From: an uncultured Collinsella sp.
Lineage (GTDB): Bacteria > Actinomycetota > Coriobacteriia > Coriobacteriales > Coriobacteriaceae
Length of the DNA: 56,211 nucleotides
Assembly (NCBI GenBank): GCA_900757235.1
Contig: CAAENB010000024.1
Span: 1-56,211 of the forward strand
Direction: 5' to 3'
The notes beneath the pieces are model-generated. The model had not been told where the DNA came from. It saw only the letters and a program-made list of their open reading frames with translations, and searched no databases. How positions within the stretch are numbered: position 1 is the first letter of the stretch; each line of letters starts with the position of its first letter. A program made the translations under genes and the position numbers. Shown one piece after another: positions 1 to 8,635 of the stretch.

Positions 1-1
1 G

Positions 2-1465
2 CTCACCGATCTGTACGAGCTCACTATGGCCCAGGGCCTGTGGGAGAGCGGCAAGGCCAATGAGCAGGGTTGTTTTACCGCGTTTTACCGCGACCATCCT
101 TTTGGCAGCGCCTATGCCGTCATGTGCGGCACCGCCGAACTGCCCGAGCTGGTCGAGAATCTGCGCTTTACGCCCGAGGACATCGACTACCTCGCCTCGC
201 TCCAGGCCCCGGCCGGCGGCGCGATGTTCAAGCCTGGATTCCTCGACTACCTGCGCGATTTTCGTGCGCATGTAAACATCGACGCCGTGCCCGAGGGCGA
301 GCTCGTCTTTCCGCGCGAGCCCATGGTTCGCGTCACCGGCCCCGCGCTGGAGTGCCAGCTGCTTGAGACGGCGCTGCTCAACATCGTTGGGTTCCAGACG
401 CTTGTCGCCACCAAGACGGCGCGCGTGGTGCTGGCGGCGGACGGCCGTCCCGTTGCCGAGTTTGGCCTGCGCCGCGCTCAGGGTCCCGATGGCGGCTTGG
501 CCGTCGCGCGCGCGAGCTACGTTGCCGGCTGCTCCTCTACGTCCAATGTGCTCGCCGGCCGCCGCTACGGTATTCCCGTCTTTGGCACGCATGCGCACAG
601 CTGGGTGATGAGCTTCGACTCCGAGCTCGAGGCATTCCGGGCTTTTGCTAAGTCGAGTCCCAAGAACTGCACGCTGCTCATCGACACCTACGACGTACGC
701 GAGGGTTGCGAGCATGCCATTACGGTTGCCAAGGAGATGGAGGCGGTGGGCGAGCGTCTGTCGGCTATTCGCATTGACTCGGGCGACCTCGCCAAGCTCT
801 CCAAGTATGTTCGTGGCCGTTTTGATGCCGAGGGCCTGCCCTATGTGGGGATCTCGGTTTCTAACGATCTGGATGAGTACACGATTCAGTCACTGCTCGA
901 CCAGGGCGCGCCCATCGATAGCTTTGGCGTGGGTACCAAGCTTGCGACCTGCTATGACCAGCCGGCGCTGGGCGGCGTGTACAAGCTTTCCGCCCGCCGT
1001 GCGAGTGAGACGGACCCGTGGACGCCGGTGGTGAAGCTCTCCGAGCAGCCCTACAAGCGCACAATTCCCGGTGTTCAGCGCGTACGACGCTATTACGACG
1101 GCTTTGGCGGCCCGGTTTGCGACATGATTTATGACGAGGACCATCTGGCAGGGGAGGGCGCCGCGCGCGGCAATACCCTTGTGGCCGTGAACGATGCCGC
1201 CCTGGTGACCGACGTGTCCGAACTTGAGTATCGCGAGCTGCTGGTGCCGATCGTGCGCGATGGCAGTGCGGTGGCTCCGCGTGAGAGCATCCAGGACGCG
1301 CGCGAGCGCTGTGCTTGGGCGCTCGACCATCTGGACGCAGCTTTCAAGCGCTTCCTGTACCCGCAGACCTATGTGGTGGGTATGGAGCAGGGCCTGGCTC
1401 AGGTGCGCGACGAGCTCGTGCGTAAGAACATGGCCGCGGCCTCTGCCTTTCCCTGGGCCCACTAA
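2..1465 (+). CDS. pncB: Nicotinate phosphoribosyltransferase (5' end lies before the window)
   Basis: Frame is open from base 2 (LTDLYELTMAQG); motifs EFGLRRAQG, GTHAHSW, LIDTYD, RIDSGD, GVYKL. Confidence 0.95.
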   Translation, partial: LTDLYELTMAQGLWESGKANEQGCFTAFYRDHPFGSAYAVMCGTAELPELVENLRFTPEDIDYLASLQAPAGGAMFKPGFLDYLRDFRAHVNIDAVPEGELVFPREPMVRVTGPALECQLLETALLNIVGFQTLVATKTARVVLAADGRPVAEFGLRRAQGPDGGLAVARASYVAGCSSTSNVLAGRRYGIPVFGTHAHSWVMSFDSELEAFRAFAKSSPKNCTLLIDTYDVREGCEHAITVAKEMEAVGERLSAIRIDSGDLAKLSKYVRGRFDAEGLPYVGISVSNDLDEYTIQSLLDQGAPIDSFGVGTKLATCYDQPALGGVYKLSARRASETDPWTPVVKLSEQPYKRTIPGVQRVRRYYDGFGGPVCDMIYDEDHLAGEGAARGNTLVAVNDAALVTDVSELEYRELLVPIVRDGSAVAPRESIQDARERCAWALDHLDAAFKRFLYPQTYVVGMEQGLAQVRDELVRKNMAAASAFPWAH

Positions 1466-1544
1466 TTCCTTGGGCGGTAGGGGCGAGTCACGCTTCCCTG
1501 GCCGCCGGCTCGGCCGTTCGCTGAACAGTTGATTGGTTTGACGT

Positions 1545-2672
1545 ATGACGACTTCTTATAAAACGATGGTGGTAAAGATCGGTTCGTCCACGGTGGTGGG
1601 TGCCGATGGCAAGGTCAACCGCGCCTTTATCGGCGGACTTGCCGATCAGGCCGCAGCGCTGCGCAAGCTCGGCTGGCGTCTGGTTGTGGTGAGCTCGGGC
1701 GCTATCGCCTGTGGCTATCCCGTGTTGGGCTTCGACCGCAAGCCGGTCGGTGACCTGCCGAGCCTGCAGGCCTGCGCCTCGGCCGGTCAGTGCATCATCT
1801 CGTCGGCCTACGACGAGGAGTTCCATGCGCGCGACCTGCTCACCTCGCTCGTGCTGCTCACGCGTCACGACACGGCGCGCCGCACGTCCTACCTGCACGC
1901 GCGCGACGCCCTGCTTCGCCTGGTGGAGCTGGGTGTGGTGCCGGTCGTCAACGAGAACGATACCGTCACCGTCGATGAGATCAAGTTTGGCGACAACGAC
2001 ACGCTGGCGGCGCTTGTGAGCTGCCTGGTTTCTGCCGATCTGTGCGTGACGCTCTCGGACATCGATGGTCTCTATACTGCCAATCCGCATGAAGACCCCA
2101 CGGCCGAGTTTGTTCCTGTCGTGCATAAGATCGATGCCAAGATTATTGCCTCGGCGGGCGATTCTTCCACATCGGTTGGCACGGGCGGCATGATTACCAA
2201 GATCCGCGCGAGCCGCATCCTGATGACGGCGGGCATTCAGAGCGTGATTTGCTCGGGCGAGGAGCCCGATGCGCTCGTGCGTCTCGCCCGCGGCGAGAGC
2301 GTGGGCACGCTGTTCGATCCGCCGGCGGAGCGTCTGGACATCGCACCCCGCAAGCTGTGGATCGCGCTGGGCGACAAGGCACATGGCTCGGTGACGGTCG
2401 ATGATGGTGCTGCGAAGGCGCTGGTCAGCCGTGGCTCTTCCCTGCTTGCGGTGGGTATTCGCGAGGTCGATGGCCAGTTTGCCGAGGGCGATGTGCTCGA
2501 TGTGTGCGATCCGAGCGGTATGGTCGTCGCCCGCGGTATCGCCGAAGCCGATTCGGACGTGCTGGAGCTTGCTGCCGGTCGCCGCCAGGACCAGATCGCC
2601 AGCAACCGCCTGCTCGCAGACCTGGCCGAGAAGCCCGCGATACACAGGGATAATCTAATCGTCTTCGCCTAA
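1545..2672 (+). CDS. proB: Glutamate 5-kinase
   Basis: VVKIGSS, VSSGAI, NENDTV, FGDNDTLAA, GTGGMITK and a C-terminal PUA domain. Confidence 0.96.
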   Translation: MTTSYKTMVVKIGSSTVVGADGKVNRAFIGGLADQAAALRKLGWRLVVVSSGAIACGYPVLGFDRKPVGDLPSLQACASAGQCIISSAYDEEFHARDLLTSLVLLTRHDTARRTSYLHARDALLRLVELGVVPVVNENDTVTVDEIKFGDNDTLAALVSCLVSADLCVTLSDIDGLYTANPHEDPTAEFVPVVHKIDAKIIASAGDSSTSVGTGGMITKIRASRILMTAGIQSVICSGEEPDALVRLARGESVGTLFDPPAERLDIAPRKLWIALGDKAHGSVTVDDGAAKALVSRGSSLLAVGIREVDGQFAEGDVLDVCDPSGMVVARGIAEADSDVLELAAGRRQDQIASNRLLADLAEKPAIHRDNLIVFA

Positions 2673-2715
2673 CGGGTCGACGCTGCGCGCCGCCCAGAGC
2701 GACAATTTGTCATTC

Positions 2716-2757
2716 AAAAGGCGAGGCATGACCATCAGGTCTATGCCTCGCCTTTTT
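2716..2757. terminator. Bidirectional intrinsic terminator between convergent proB and pip
   Basis: AAAAGGCGAGGCAT...ATGCCTCGCCTTTTT hairpin with A and T tracts. Confidence 0.75.
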
Positions 2758-2933
2758 CATGCCAACTTGTTCGCTCTGGGCGGCGCTCGCTTCTTTTGTT
2801 CGACCTACGATTTAAAGCCACTGCTAAGGGGCGTTTTCGCTTTCCGTCCTCTACCTGCGGCATTGTCGTTGCCGGCACTTGTTCGGCACTTGGGGATGTT
2901 TCTTTTGTGCCGGCAGGTGGGGACGCTCCTTTG

Positions 2934-4352
2934 CTAGAAGATTTGGCGCAGGTCTCCGCGGTTGAGGGCTTCGTTGAAGAGGTGCTTGAACACCACGCTA
3001 CCGTGTAGACCGTCGTGCTCGAACTCGTTGGTCACCCAGGCATGCGAGTTACCCACGCGGCTGAGCGTATCGAGCTGCATGCCCGAGTCGACGTACATGT
3101 CGTCGAAATACACCGCGGCCTGCAGGGGCACCTCGTTGCACGCCAGTCGCTGCGGGTCGTAGATCTTGTCCCAGCTGGTGTCTTCCATCAGCAGGTCCAT
3201 GGCGGGCTTGAAGGGCTTGAGCTCGGGCATCTGCTCGAACATCCACGGGAACATGGCCTCGCCGGTAAACATGAGCGGGCGCGCGAGGGTGTCAAACTCG
3301 GCGCGCTGTGCCTTCTCTTCAGCCGCGGCCCAGCCAATGGGCATGGTGTCACCGTCGGCGTATATGAACTCCTGCAGCGTCCAGTACAGCGGATTCGTGC
3401 GCGTGTTGGTGCGCTCGAAGGCGCGCATCAAAAAGCTGTCGGATACCGAGGTGCCGCAGGTCAGCGTGCCGTCGCCGTCAACAAAAGCGTGATCGATAAT
3501 CCAATGCATGCGCTCAAAGCTCGGCTTCATGCCAAAGTCGCTGCCCATGAGCTGTAGGCGCTCGACCGTCATCGGCGAGCCGTCGGGCAGCACGGGCTTC
3601 TGAGCCTCGAGCGCATCGGCCAGGGCTGCCACGCGCTCGACGTCGGCAGGGTAGCGGTCGTAATACTGCTGCGTCTTGGCGACCATGCGCGGGAAGGTGT
3701 GCGCGTAGACTTCGCTTGCGCTCGCCGGCACGTGGGGGATGCCGCCGCAGGTAAAGCTTGCCGCCACGCCCTCGGGGAAGAGCGACAGATAGCTCAGCGT
3801 CAAAAAGCCGCCGTAGCTCTGCCCGAGTGTGACCCAGGGCCTGCCGCCAAAGCCTACCAGGCGCAGGTACTCAAAATCGCGCACGATAGAGCTGGCGAGG
3901 TGACGCTTGAGGAAGTCCGCCTGCGAGCGTGCTGTATCGGCGCCGGCGGCCGTTGCGCGATCACCCAGTGCCTTGATCGTGCGTCCGTCCACGCAGCTGC
4001 TGCGTCCGGTGCCGCGCTGGTCGGGAAGGACCACGCGGAAGTGCTTGACGGCCTCCTCGATCCAGCCGTCGCTTGTGGGCGACAGCGGACGCGGGCTCTC
4101 GCCGCCGGGGCCGCCCTGCAAAAACAGGAGCAGCGGCAGATCGTCGTTGATGCGGTCGGGCGCGCAAACCACACGGTAGAAGAGCTTGATGCTCTCGTGC
4201 GCGCCGGCGATGGGCGCCGGCATAGCGCCGCGGCGCATGGTGCTGCCGACGGCCAGGAGCATCGGCTCCAGGCCGCGCCAGTCAAGGGGGACGTCGATGC
4301 TGTGGTCCTCGACGTAAAGGCCGGGGACGTGGTACGAAGTGATGAGGGCCAT
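2934..4352 (-). CDS. pip: Proline iminopeptidase (alpha/beta hydrolase)
   Basis: LQGGPG, DQRGTGRS, nucleophile GQSYGG, YFDDMYV, EHDGL; start placed at MALITSY (4352). Confidence 0.85.
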   Translation of the reverse strand: MALITSYHVPGLYVEDHSIDVPLDWRGLEPMLLAVGSTMRRGAMPAPIAGAHESIKLFYRVVCAPDRINDDLPLLLFLQGGPGGESPRPLSPTSDGWIEEAVKHFRVVLPDQRGTGRSSCVDGRTIKALGDRATAAGADTARSQADFLKRHLASSIVRDFEYLRLVGFGGRPWVTLGQSYGGFLTLSYLSLFPEGVAASFTCGGIPHVPASASEVYAHTFPRMVAKTQQYYDRYPADVERVAALADALEAQKPVLPDGSPMTVERLQLMGSDFGMKPSFERMHWIIDHAFVDGDGTLTCGTSVSDSFLMRAFERTNTRTNPLYWTLQEFIYADGDTMPIGWAAAEEKAQRAEFDTLARPLMFTGEAMFPWMFEQMPELKPFKPAMDLLMEDTSWDKIYDPQRLACNEVPLQAAVYFDDMYVDSGMQLDTLSRVGNSHAWVTNEFEHDGLHGSVVFKHLFNEALNRGDLRQIF

Positions 4353-4464
4353 GTAATGCTTCCATTCGTTGCGGTGTTTCGGGTTGACCAATTCTACCGC
4401 CGCGGGCGAGGCCATGCGCAAATCGGCTACCATGGTTGCAAACTTCTAGGAGAAAGGGCCGCCC

Positions 4465-5751
4465 ATGTCGGTCGATATAGCCACGTATGTCCACGATCTT
4501 GCCGTTGCCGCCAAGGCAGCGTCGGCCTCGCTTGCCACGGCGAGCGATGAACAGCGCCAGGAGGCCGTGCGCGCCATGGCCGCAGCGCTGCGCAACGGTA
4601 TCGACTCCATCGTTGCCGCCAACGAGCTCGATATGTCCGCCGCGCGCGATGCGGGTACCTCGGCCGGACTGCTCGATCGTCTGCTGCTGAGGCCCGAGCG
4701 CGTCGAGGGCATGGCCGCCGGCCTGGAAAAGCTCGCCGAGCTGCCCGATCCCGTGGGCCGCGTGCTCGACCACCGCGTGCTTGCAAGTGGCGTGGACCTG
4801 ACCCGTGTGAGTGTGCCGCTGGGCCTGGTCGCTATGGTCTACGAGGCGCGCCCCAACGTGACGGCCGACGCCGCGGGCATCTGCATCCGTACCGGCAACG
4901 CCTGCATTCTGCGCGGCGGCTCGCTGGCCTATCACTCGTGTGCCATGATTTCTGAGCTGCTGGCCGATGCGCTCGAGGCCAAGGGCTTCCCGCGCGAGGC
5001 CGTGTCGATGATCGAGTCCACCGACCGCGAGGCCACTGGCGAGCTCATGAAGCTCCGCGGTATTGTCGACGTACTCATTCCGCGCGGCGGTGCAGGCCTG
5101 ATCCAGCGCTGCGTGCGCGAGTCTCTCGTGCCGGTGATCGAGACGGGCACGGGCAACTGTCACATCTACGTGCATGAGTCCGCCGACTTTGATAAGGCGC
5201 TCAACATTATCGTTAATGCCAAGACCCAGCGTGTAGGCGTGTGCAATGCCGCCGAGTCGCTGCTGGTCGACCATGCTGTGGCCAATGTGTTTTTGCCTGC
5301 GGTCGTTGCCGTGCTGCACGACCACGATGTGCTGATTCACGGCGATGAGGCCACGTGTGCCGCTTGCGTTGCCGCCGGTCTTGCCGAGGGCGATGCTTAC
5401 GTTGCCGCAACCGAGGAGGACTGGGGCCGCGAGTATCTGGCCCTCGAGATGAGCGTGAAGGTCGTGGCGAACGAGGAAGAGGCCATCGCGCACATCAACC
5501 GCTATGGCACCATGCATTCCGAGGCCATCATCGCCGAGGACGCAGACGCCTGCGAGCGCTTCTTGGATGAGGTCGATGCCTCGGCCGTGTACGCTAACGC
5601 TAGCACGCGCTTTACCGACGGCGGCGAGTTTGGCCTGGGCGCCGAAATTGGCATCTCGACCCAAAAGCTCCACGCCCGCGGACCCTTTGCCGCCGAGGCC
5701 CTCACCACCTACAAATACAAGCTTCGCGGCACCGGCCAGGTCCGTCCCTAA
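4465..5751 (+). CDS. proA: Glutamate-5-semialdehyde dehydrogenase
   Basis: YEARPNVT, PVIETGTGNCH, CNAAE, NASTRFTDGGEFGLGAEIGISTQKLHARGP. Confidence 0.97.
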   Translation: MSVDIATYVHDLAVAAKAASASLATASDEQRQEAVRAMAAALRNGIDSIVAANELDMSAARDAGTSAGLLDRLLLRPERVEGMAAGLEKLAELPDPVGRVLDHRVLASGVDLTRVSVPLGLVAMVYEARPNVTADAAGICIRTGNACILRGGSLAYHSCAMISELLADALEAKGFPREAVSMIESTDREATGELMKLRGIVDVLIPRGGAGLIQRCVRESLVPVIETGTGNCHIYVHESADFDKALNIIVNAKTQRVGVCNAAESLLVDHAVANVFLPAVVAVLHDHDVLIHGDEATCAACVAAGLAEGDAYVAATEEDWGREYLALEMSVKVVANEEEAIAHINRYGTMHSEAIIAEDADACERFLDEVDASAVYANASTRFTDGGEFGLGAEIGISTQKLHARGPFAAEALTTYKYKLRGTGQVRP

Positions 5752-5794
5752 ACCTACCAAAAAGGGACAGGTTTATTTTGGCAGGTTTTATCTG
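5751..5794 (+). repeat. REP-like hairpin family A, copy 1 (44 bp)
   Basis: AACCTACCAAAA-AGGGACAGGTTTA-TTTTGGCAGGTT-TTATCTG; overlaps the proA stop codon. Confidence 0.85.
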
Positions 5795-5801
5795 CGGTTT
5801 T

Positions 5802-5830
5802 GCCGGGCGACACGTTCGCCCGGCTTTTTT
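5802..5830 (+). terminator. Intrinsic terminator after proA
   Basis: GCCGGGCGA-CACGT-TCGCCCGGC-TTTTTT. Confidence 0.75.
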
Positions 5831-5922
5831 CTCCGCATAACTTTTTTGCCTTTCGGCTTGAGTCGCGGCGATATACGATAGTGACACCGTGTCCTAACAT
5901 CGACTCACCTGGAGGTATTGCC

Positions 5923-6522
5923 ATGTCCCAGACGCTTTCCGCCGGAATCACCCGCGACCGCGCGTTTGAACTGCTTAACGAGCACAACAAAGACCCGTTC
6001 CACATCACCCATGGCGAGACGGTCGAGGGCACCATGCGCTACTTTGCGCGCGAGTTCGACCCCGAGAACGAGGAGTTTTGGGGCATCGTCGGCCTGCTGC
6101 ACGACTTGGATTGGGAGGAGCATGAGGACGACCCCATGAACCACACCATCTATACTGCCGAGATTCTTAAGGGTGAAGGTGCGTCTCCCGAGCTCATTCG
6201 CGCCATCCAGACGCACACGTCGGACTTCAACACCTCGCTGCCCAAACCCGAGCTGCAGATGGAAAAGATCCTGTTTGCCTGCGATGAGCTCACCGGCCTG
6301 ATCGGCGCCGCCGTCATCATGCGCCCGAGCAAGAGCGTTATGGACTTTACGACCAAGTCGCTCAAGAAGAAGTTCAAGGACAAGCGCTTTGCCGCCGGCT
6401 GCTCGCGCGACGTGATTTCGCAGGGCGCCGAGATGTTGGGCTGGGAGCTCCCCGAGCTCTTTGACCGTACCATCGCGGCCATGCAGTCCTTCGCGCCCGA
6501 CCGCGACACCTTCCAGGCCTAA
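5923..6522 (+). CDS. HD-domain metal-dependent hydrolase
   Basis: GGAGG RBS before MSQTL; GLLHDLD, DELTGLI, KKKFKDKRFAAG pattern. Confidence 0.85.
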   Translation: MSQTLSAGITRDRAFELLNEHNKDPFHITHGETVEGTMRYFAREFDPENEEFWGIVGLLHDLDWEEHEDDPMNHTIYTAEILKGEGASPELIRAIQTHTSDFNTSLPKPELQMEKILFACDELTGLIGAAVIMRPSKSVMDFTTKSLKKKFKDKRFAAGCSRDVISQGAEMLGWELPELFDRTIAAMQSFAPDRDTFQA

Positions 6523-6564
6523 CCTGCCAAAAAGGGACAGGTTTATTTTGGTAGGTTTTATCTG
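6521..6564 (+). repeat. REP-like hairpin family A, copy 2
   Basis: 42/44 identical to copy 1; overlaps the HD-gene stop codon. Confidence 0.85.
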
Positions 6565-6692
6565 GGAAAACGCTTCCGTTGGATGTTATTCAGCGGAAGC
6601 GTTTTCTGTTTGACATGGTGAAGCTGGCGAATGGCGGCGCCTCGCGGCAGACAGCTGCGCTTCGCCGTATCCGTAACTCGGCAAACGCGACG

Positions 6693-7451
6693 CTACGACG
6701 CGTTCTTGATAATCCATGTTCCCAGTCCGGTCAGCAGCTGAACCTGCTTAATCGTTAGCCCTTGTTTTCGAAGCGCGAGAATCGCCTCATTGCGAAGTGG
6801 CTTGGAGGCGGATTTGAGTTCCGTCGGAGCACATCCTGCGACACTCTGCACGATTGCCGTGCCAAATTCGCCTAGATCTTCCTCGCGAACCTTGGCTGTT
6901 GCGCTGGGGCGATAGGGAAGCGACGGCGTACTTTCCATGAGCCGAAGGTATGAGCGAGGTGTTGGGAATAAAACACCGACAACGCTGCCGGTGACATGCG
7001 GCCGTGACCTGGCACTCATGAGATACTCGCGATGGCTGCTCCAGGGATATTCGTCGTATGCCGCCAGTCCTGCTTTTTGTGGATTCAGATGAATGTATCG
7101 AATTGCCTCGAGCAGATACACTTCCGACTTAATGGGCGAATCCCAAAACCGCTCCTGAAACACGTGGCCGATATGCCCCGTCCGCGCATTGTACCTGCCC
7201 GCATACGATACGGCTATCGCGTGCATCGCGTCGCTCTTGCGGTCTTCCGGATCGTCGATGAGCAGATGAATGTGGTTTCCCATAAGGCACCAAGCGACAA
7301 GCTCGATATTGTGTTTGGGGAGGATCGCATCGAGGATCTGAAGCATGGCGATTCGGTCCTCGGCATCGTCAAACAGCAGTTGCCCTCCGTTTCCACGCAA
7401 CGTGATGTGGAAATAACCGGTTGGTGACTTTGAACGAGGTTTTCTCGGCAT
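6693..7451 (-). CDS. REP-associated tyrosine transposase (RAYT, IS200/Y1 HUH family) with HTH-like C-terminus, copy 1
   Basis: AAAGGAGG RBS; MPRKPR..YFHITLRG, WCLMGNHIHLL (HUH), GHVFQERF, YIHLNP (catalytic Tyr), YPWSS; flanked by inverted REP copies. Confidence 0.88.
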   Translation of the reverse strand: MPRKPRSKSPTGYFHITLRGNGGQLLFDDAEDRIAMLQILDAILPKHNIELVAWCLMGNHIHLLIDDPEDRKSDAMHAIAVSYAGRYNARTGHIGHVFQERFWDSPIKSEVYLLEAIRYIHLNPQKAGLAAYDEYPWSSHREYLMSARSRPHVTGSVVGVLFPTPRSYLRLMESTPSLPYRPSATAKVREEDLGEFGTAIVQSVAGCAPTELKSASKPLRNEAILALRKQGLTIKQVQLLTGLGTWIIKNAS

Positions 7452-7695
7452 GGCCCCTCCTTTAGCTTGGATGGGCTGAAGATACCTCATTCGGAGGCTT
7501 CGGCTGTCGAGATTCAGTTCACCGACTATAGCTGCTACCTGCCGAAATGTTATTGCGTTTTCAAATTGATGCTTTTTAATGATAATTGAGCAAGACGGGC
7601 GCGCTTGTTGCGGATACGGGCGTTTGTTGCGTCGATCTGGACGGCCCTCGCGTGATGTCATCGCAAATGGGCTTCACGCATTTTTACGGCGATAG

Positions 7696-7741
7696 AAAAA
7701 TGGTCGGGCGCTCTTAAACAAAACGGAGCACCCGACCATTT
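7696..7741 (-). terminator. Intrinsic terminator downstream of the carD-like gene
   Basis: Minus strand AAATGGTCGGGTGCTC...GAGCGCCCGACCATTTTT. Confidence 0.65.
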
Positions 7742-7765
7742 ACTGATTGTTTGTTGACGTTTGGC

Positions 7766-7809
7766 CAGATAGAACCTGCCAAAATAAACCTGTCCCTTTT
7801 TGACAGGTT
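7766..7809 (-). repeat. REP-like hairpin family A, copy 3 (inverted)
   Basis: Reverse complement reads AACCTGTCAAAAAGGGACAGGTTTATTTTGGCAGGTTCTATCTG; overlaps the carD-like stop codon. Confidence 0.85.
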
Positions 7810-8293
7810 AGTTGAGGGCGGCTTGGGCTAGGCGGGCTTCGGCGGCCTCTTCGGTGACGCCCAGGGCCACGGCGAACTCCTCGATGGAGCGGCGCTTGGC
7901 TTCCTTGAGTACGCGCATGTAGTAGGAGCTGGGCTTTTTATCAGCTTCCTCGGCCTGGCGGATGCGGTGCATCATCGTCTTGGCCACACGGACCGTCTCG
8001 GGCGCGCCCAGCTTGAGCTGCTGCTTAAAGTGTGTCTCTTCAAGCGAGCTGTTGCGCTCGGTAAAGGTGTCGCACTCCAGCTCGTCGTAGTGGCTCAGCA
8101 GGTGCTCGGCATCCTGCTGAGAGATGGCGGCATGTAGGCGGTCGGCCTGCGCCACGGGGTACATGAGAATCGTCTGCGCATGTCCCTGCTTGGTCTCGAG
8201 CAACAACATGGGCTGCGGCGTGTCGTCCCTAAAACCGACGACGGTGCAGACTCCCTGGCCCGGATGAATGACGTGTTGACCGATTGAGAACAT
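7808..8293 (-). CDS. CarD/CdnL family transcriptional regulator
   Basis: MFSIGQHVIHPGQGVCTV N-terminus typical of the CarD/TRCF RID domain; 161 aa; GGAGG RBS. Confidence 0.8.
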   Translation of the reverse strand: MFSIGQHVIHPGQGVCTVVGFRDDTPQPMLLLETKQGHAQTILMYPVAQADRLHAAISQQDAEHLLSHYDELECDTFTERNSSLEETHFKQQLKLGAPETVRVAKTMMHRIRQAEEADKKPSSYYMRVLKEAKRRSIEEFAVALGVTEEAAEARLAQAALN

Positions 8294-8635
8294 GCTACCT
8301 CCAACTTATACGAATTTGCGTATGTCTAGAATACCACGTTGACGTGCGCAAACCATTACTTTATGCAGGAAAAGCACACAACTCCGATAGGTAAGAGTAT
8401 TCGATATTCCGAGCAGCTCATGCACATGTTTATGCATTTTCGGCAGGTGCACAATCGGCAGGCAGACCGCTATCTTTGAATGGTCCTGTGCGAGCTGTAG
8501 TCATTTTTGTGCATATGCAATATCGATTAACTTTACCCTGCGACAGTAGCTACTGCTTGTGATAGAGTGCTACAAACTCTGGCTTTTGCCCTACGAGTGA
8601 CCAAGAGCTCGGGGGCTTTAACACAAGGAGGATCT

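Noticed and set aside
6693..7451. RAYTs as ordinary IS200/IS605 elements
   Set aside because: No tnpB, proteins are longer than IS200 TnpA with HTH-like tails, and they are associated with dispersed REP hairpins.
5749..7810. Family A repeats as integron attC sites or a CRISPR array (GCCTAAC at 6517 matches RYYYAAC)
   Set aside because: The hairpin is only 37 bp, there is no GTTRRRY end and no intI or cas gene, and the spacing is gene-sized and irregular.
8294..8635. T-box riboswitch upstream of argS
   Set aside because: No GGTGGNACCGCG T-box motif or terminator/antiterminator pair is visible.
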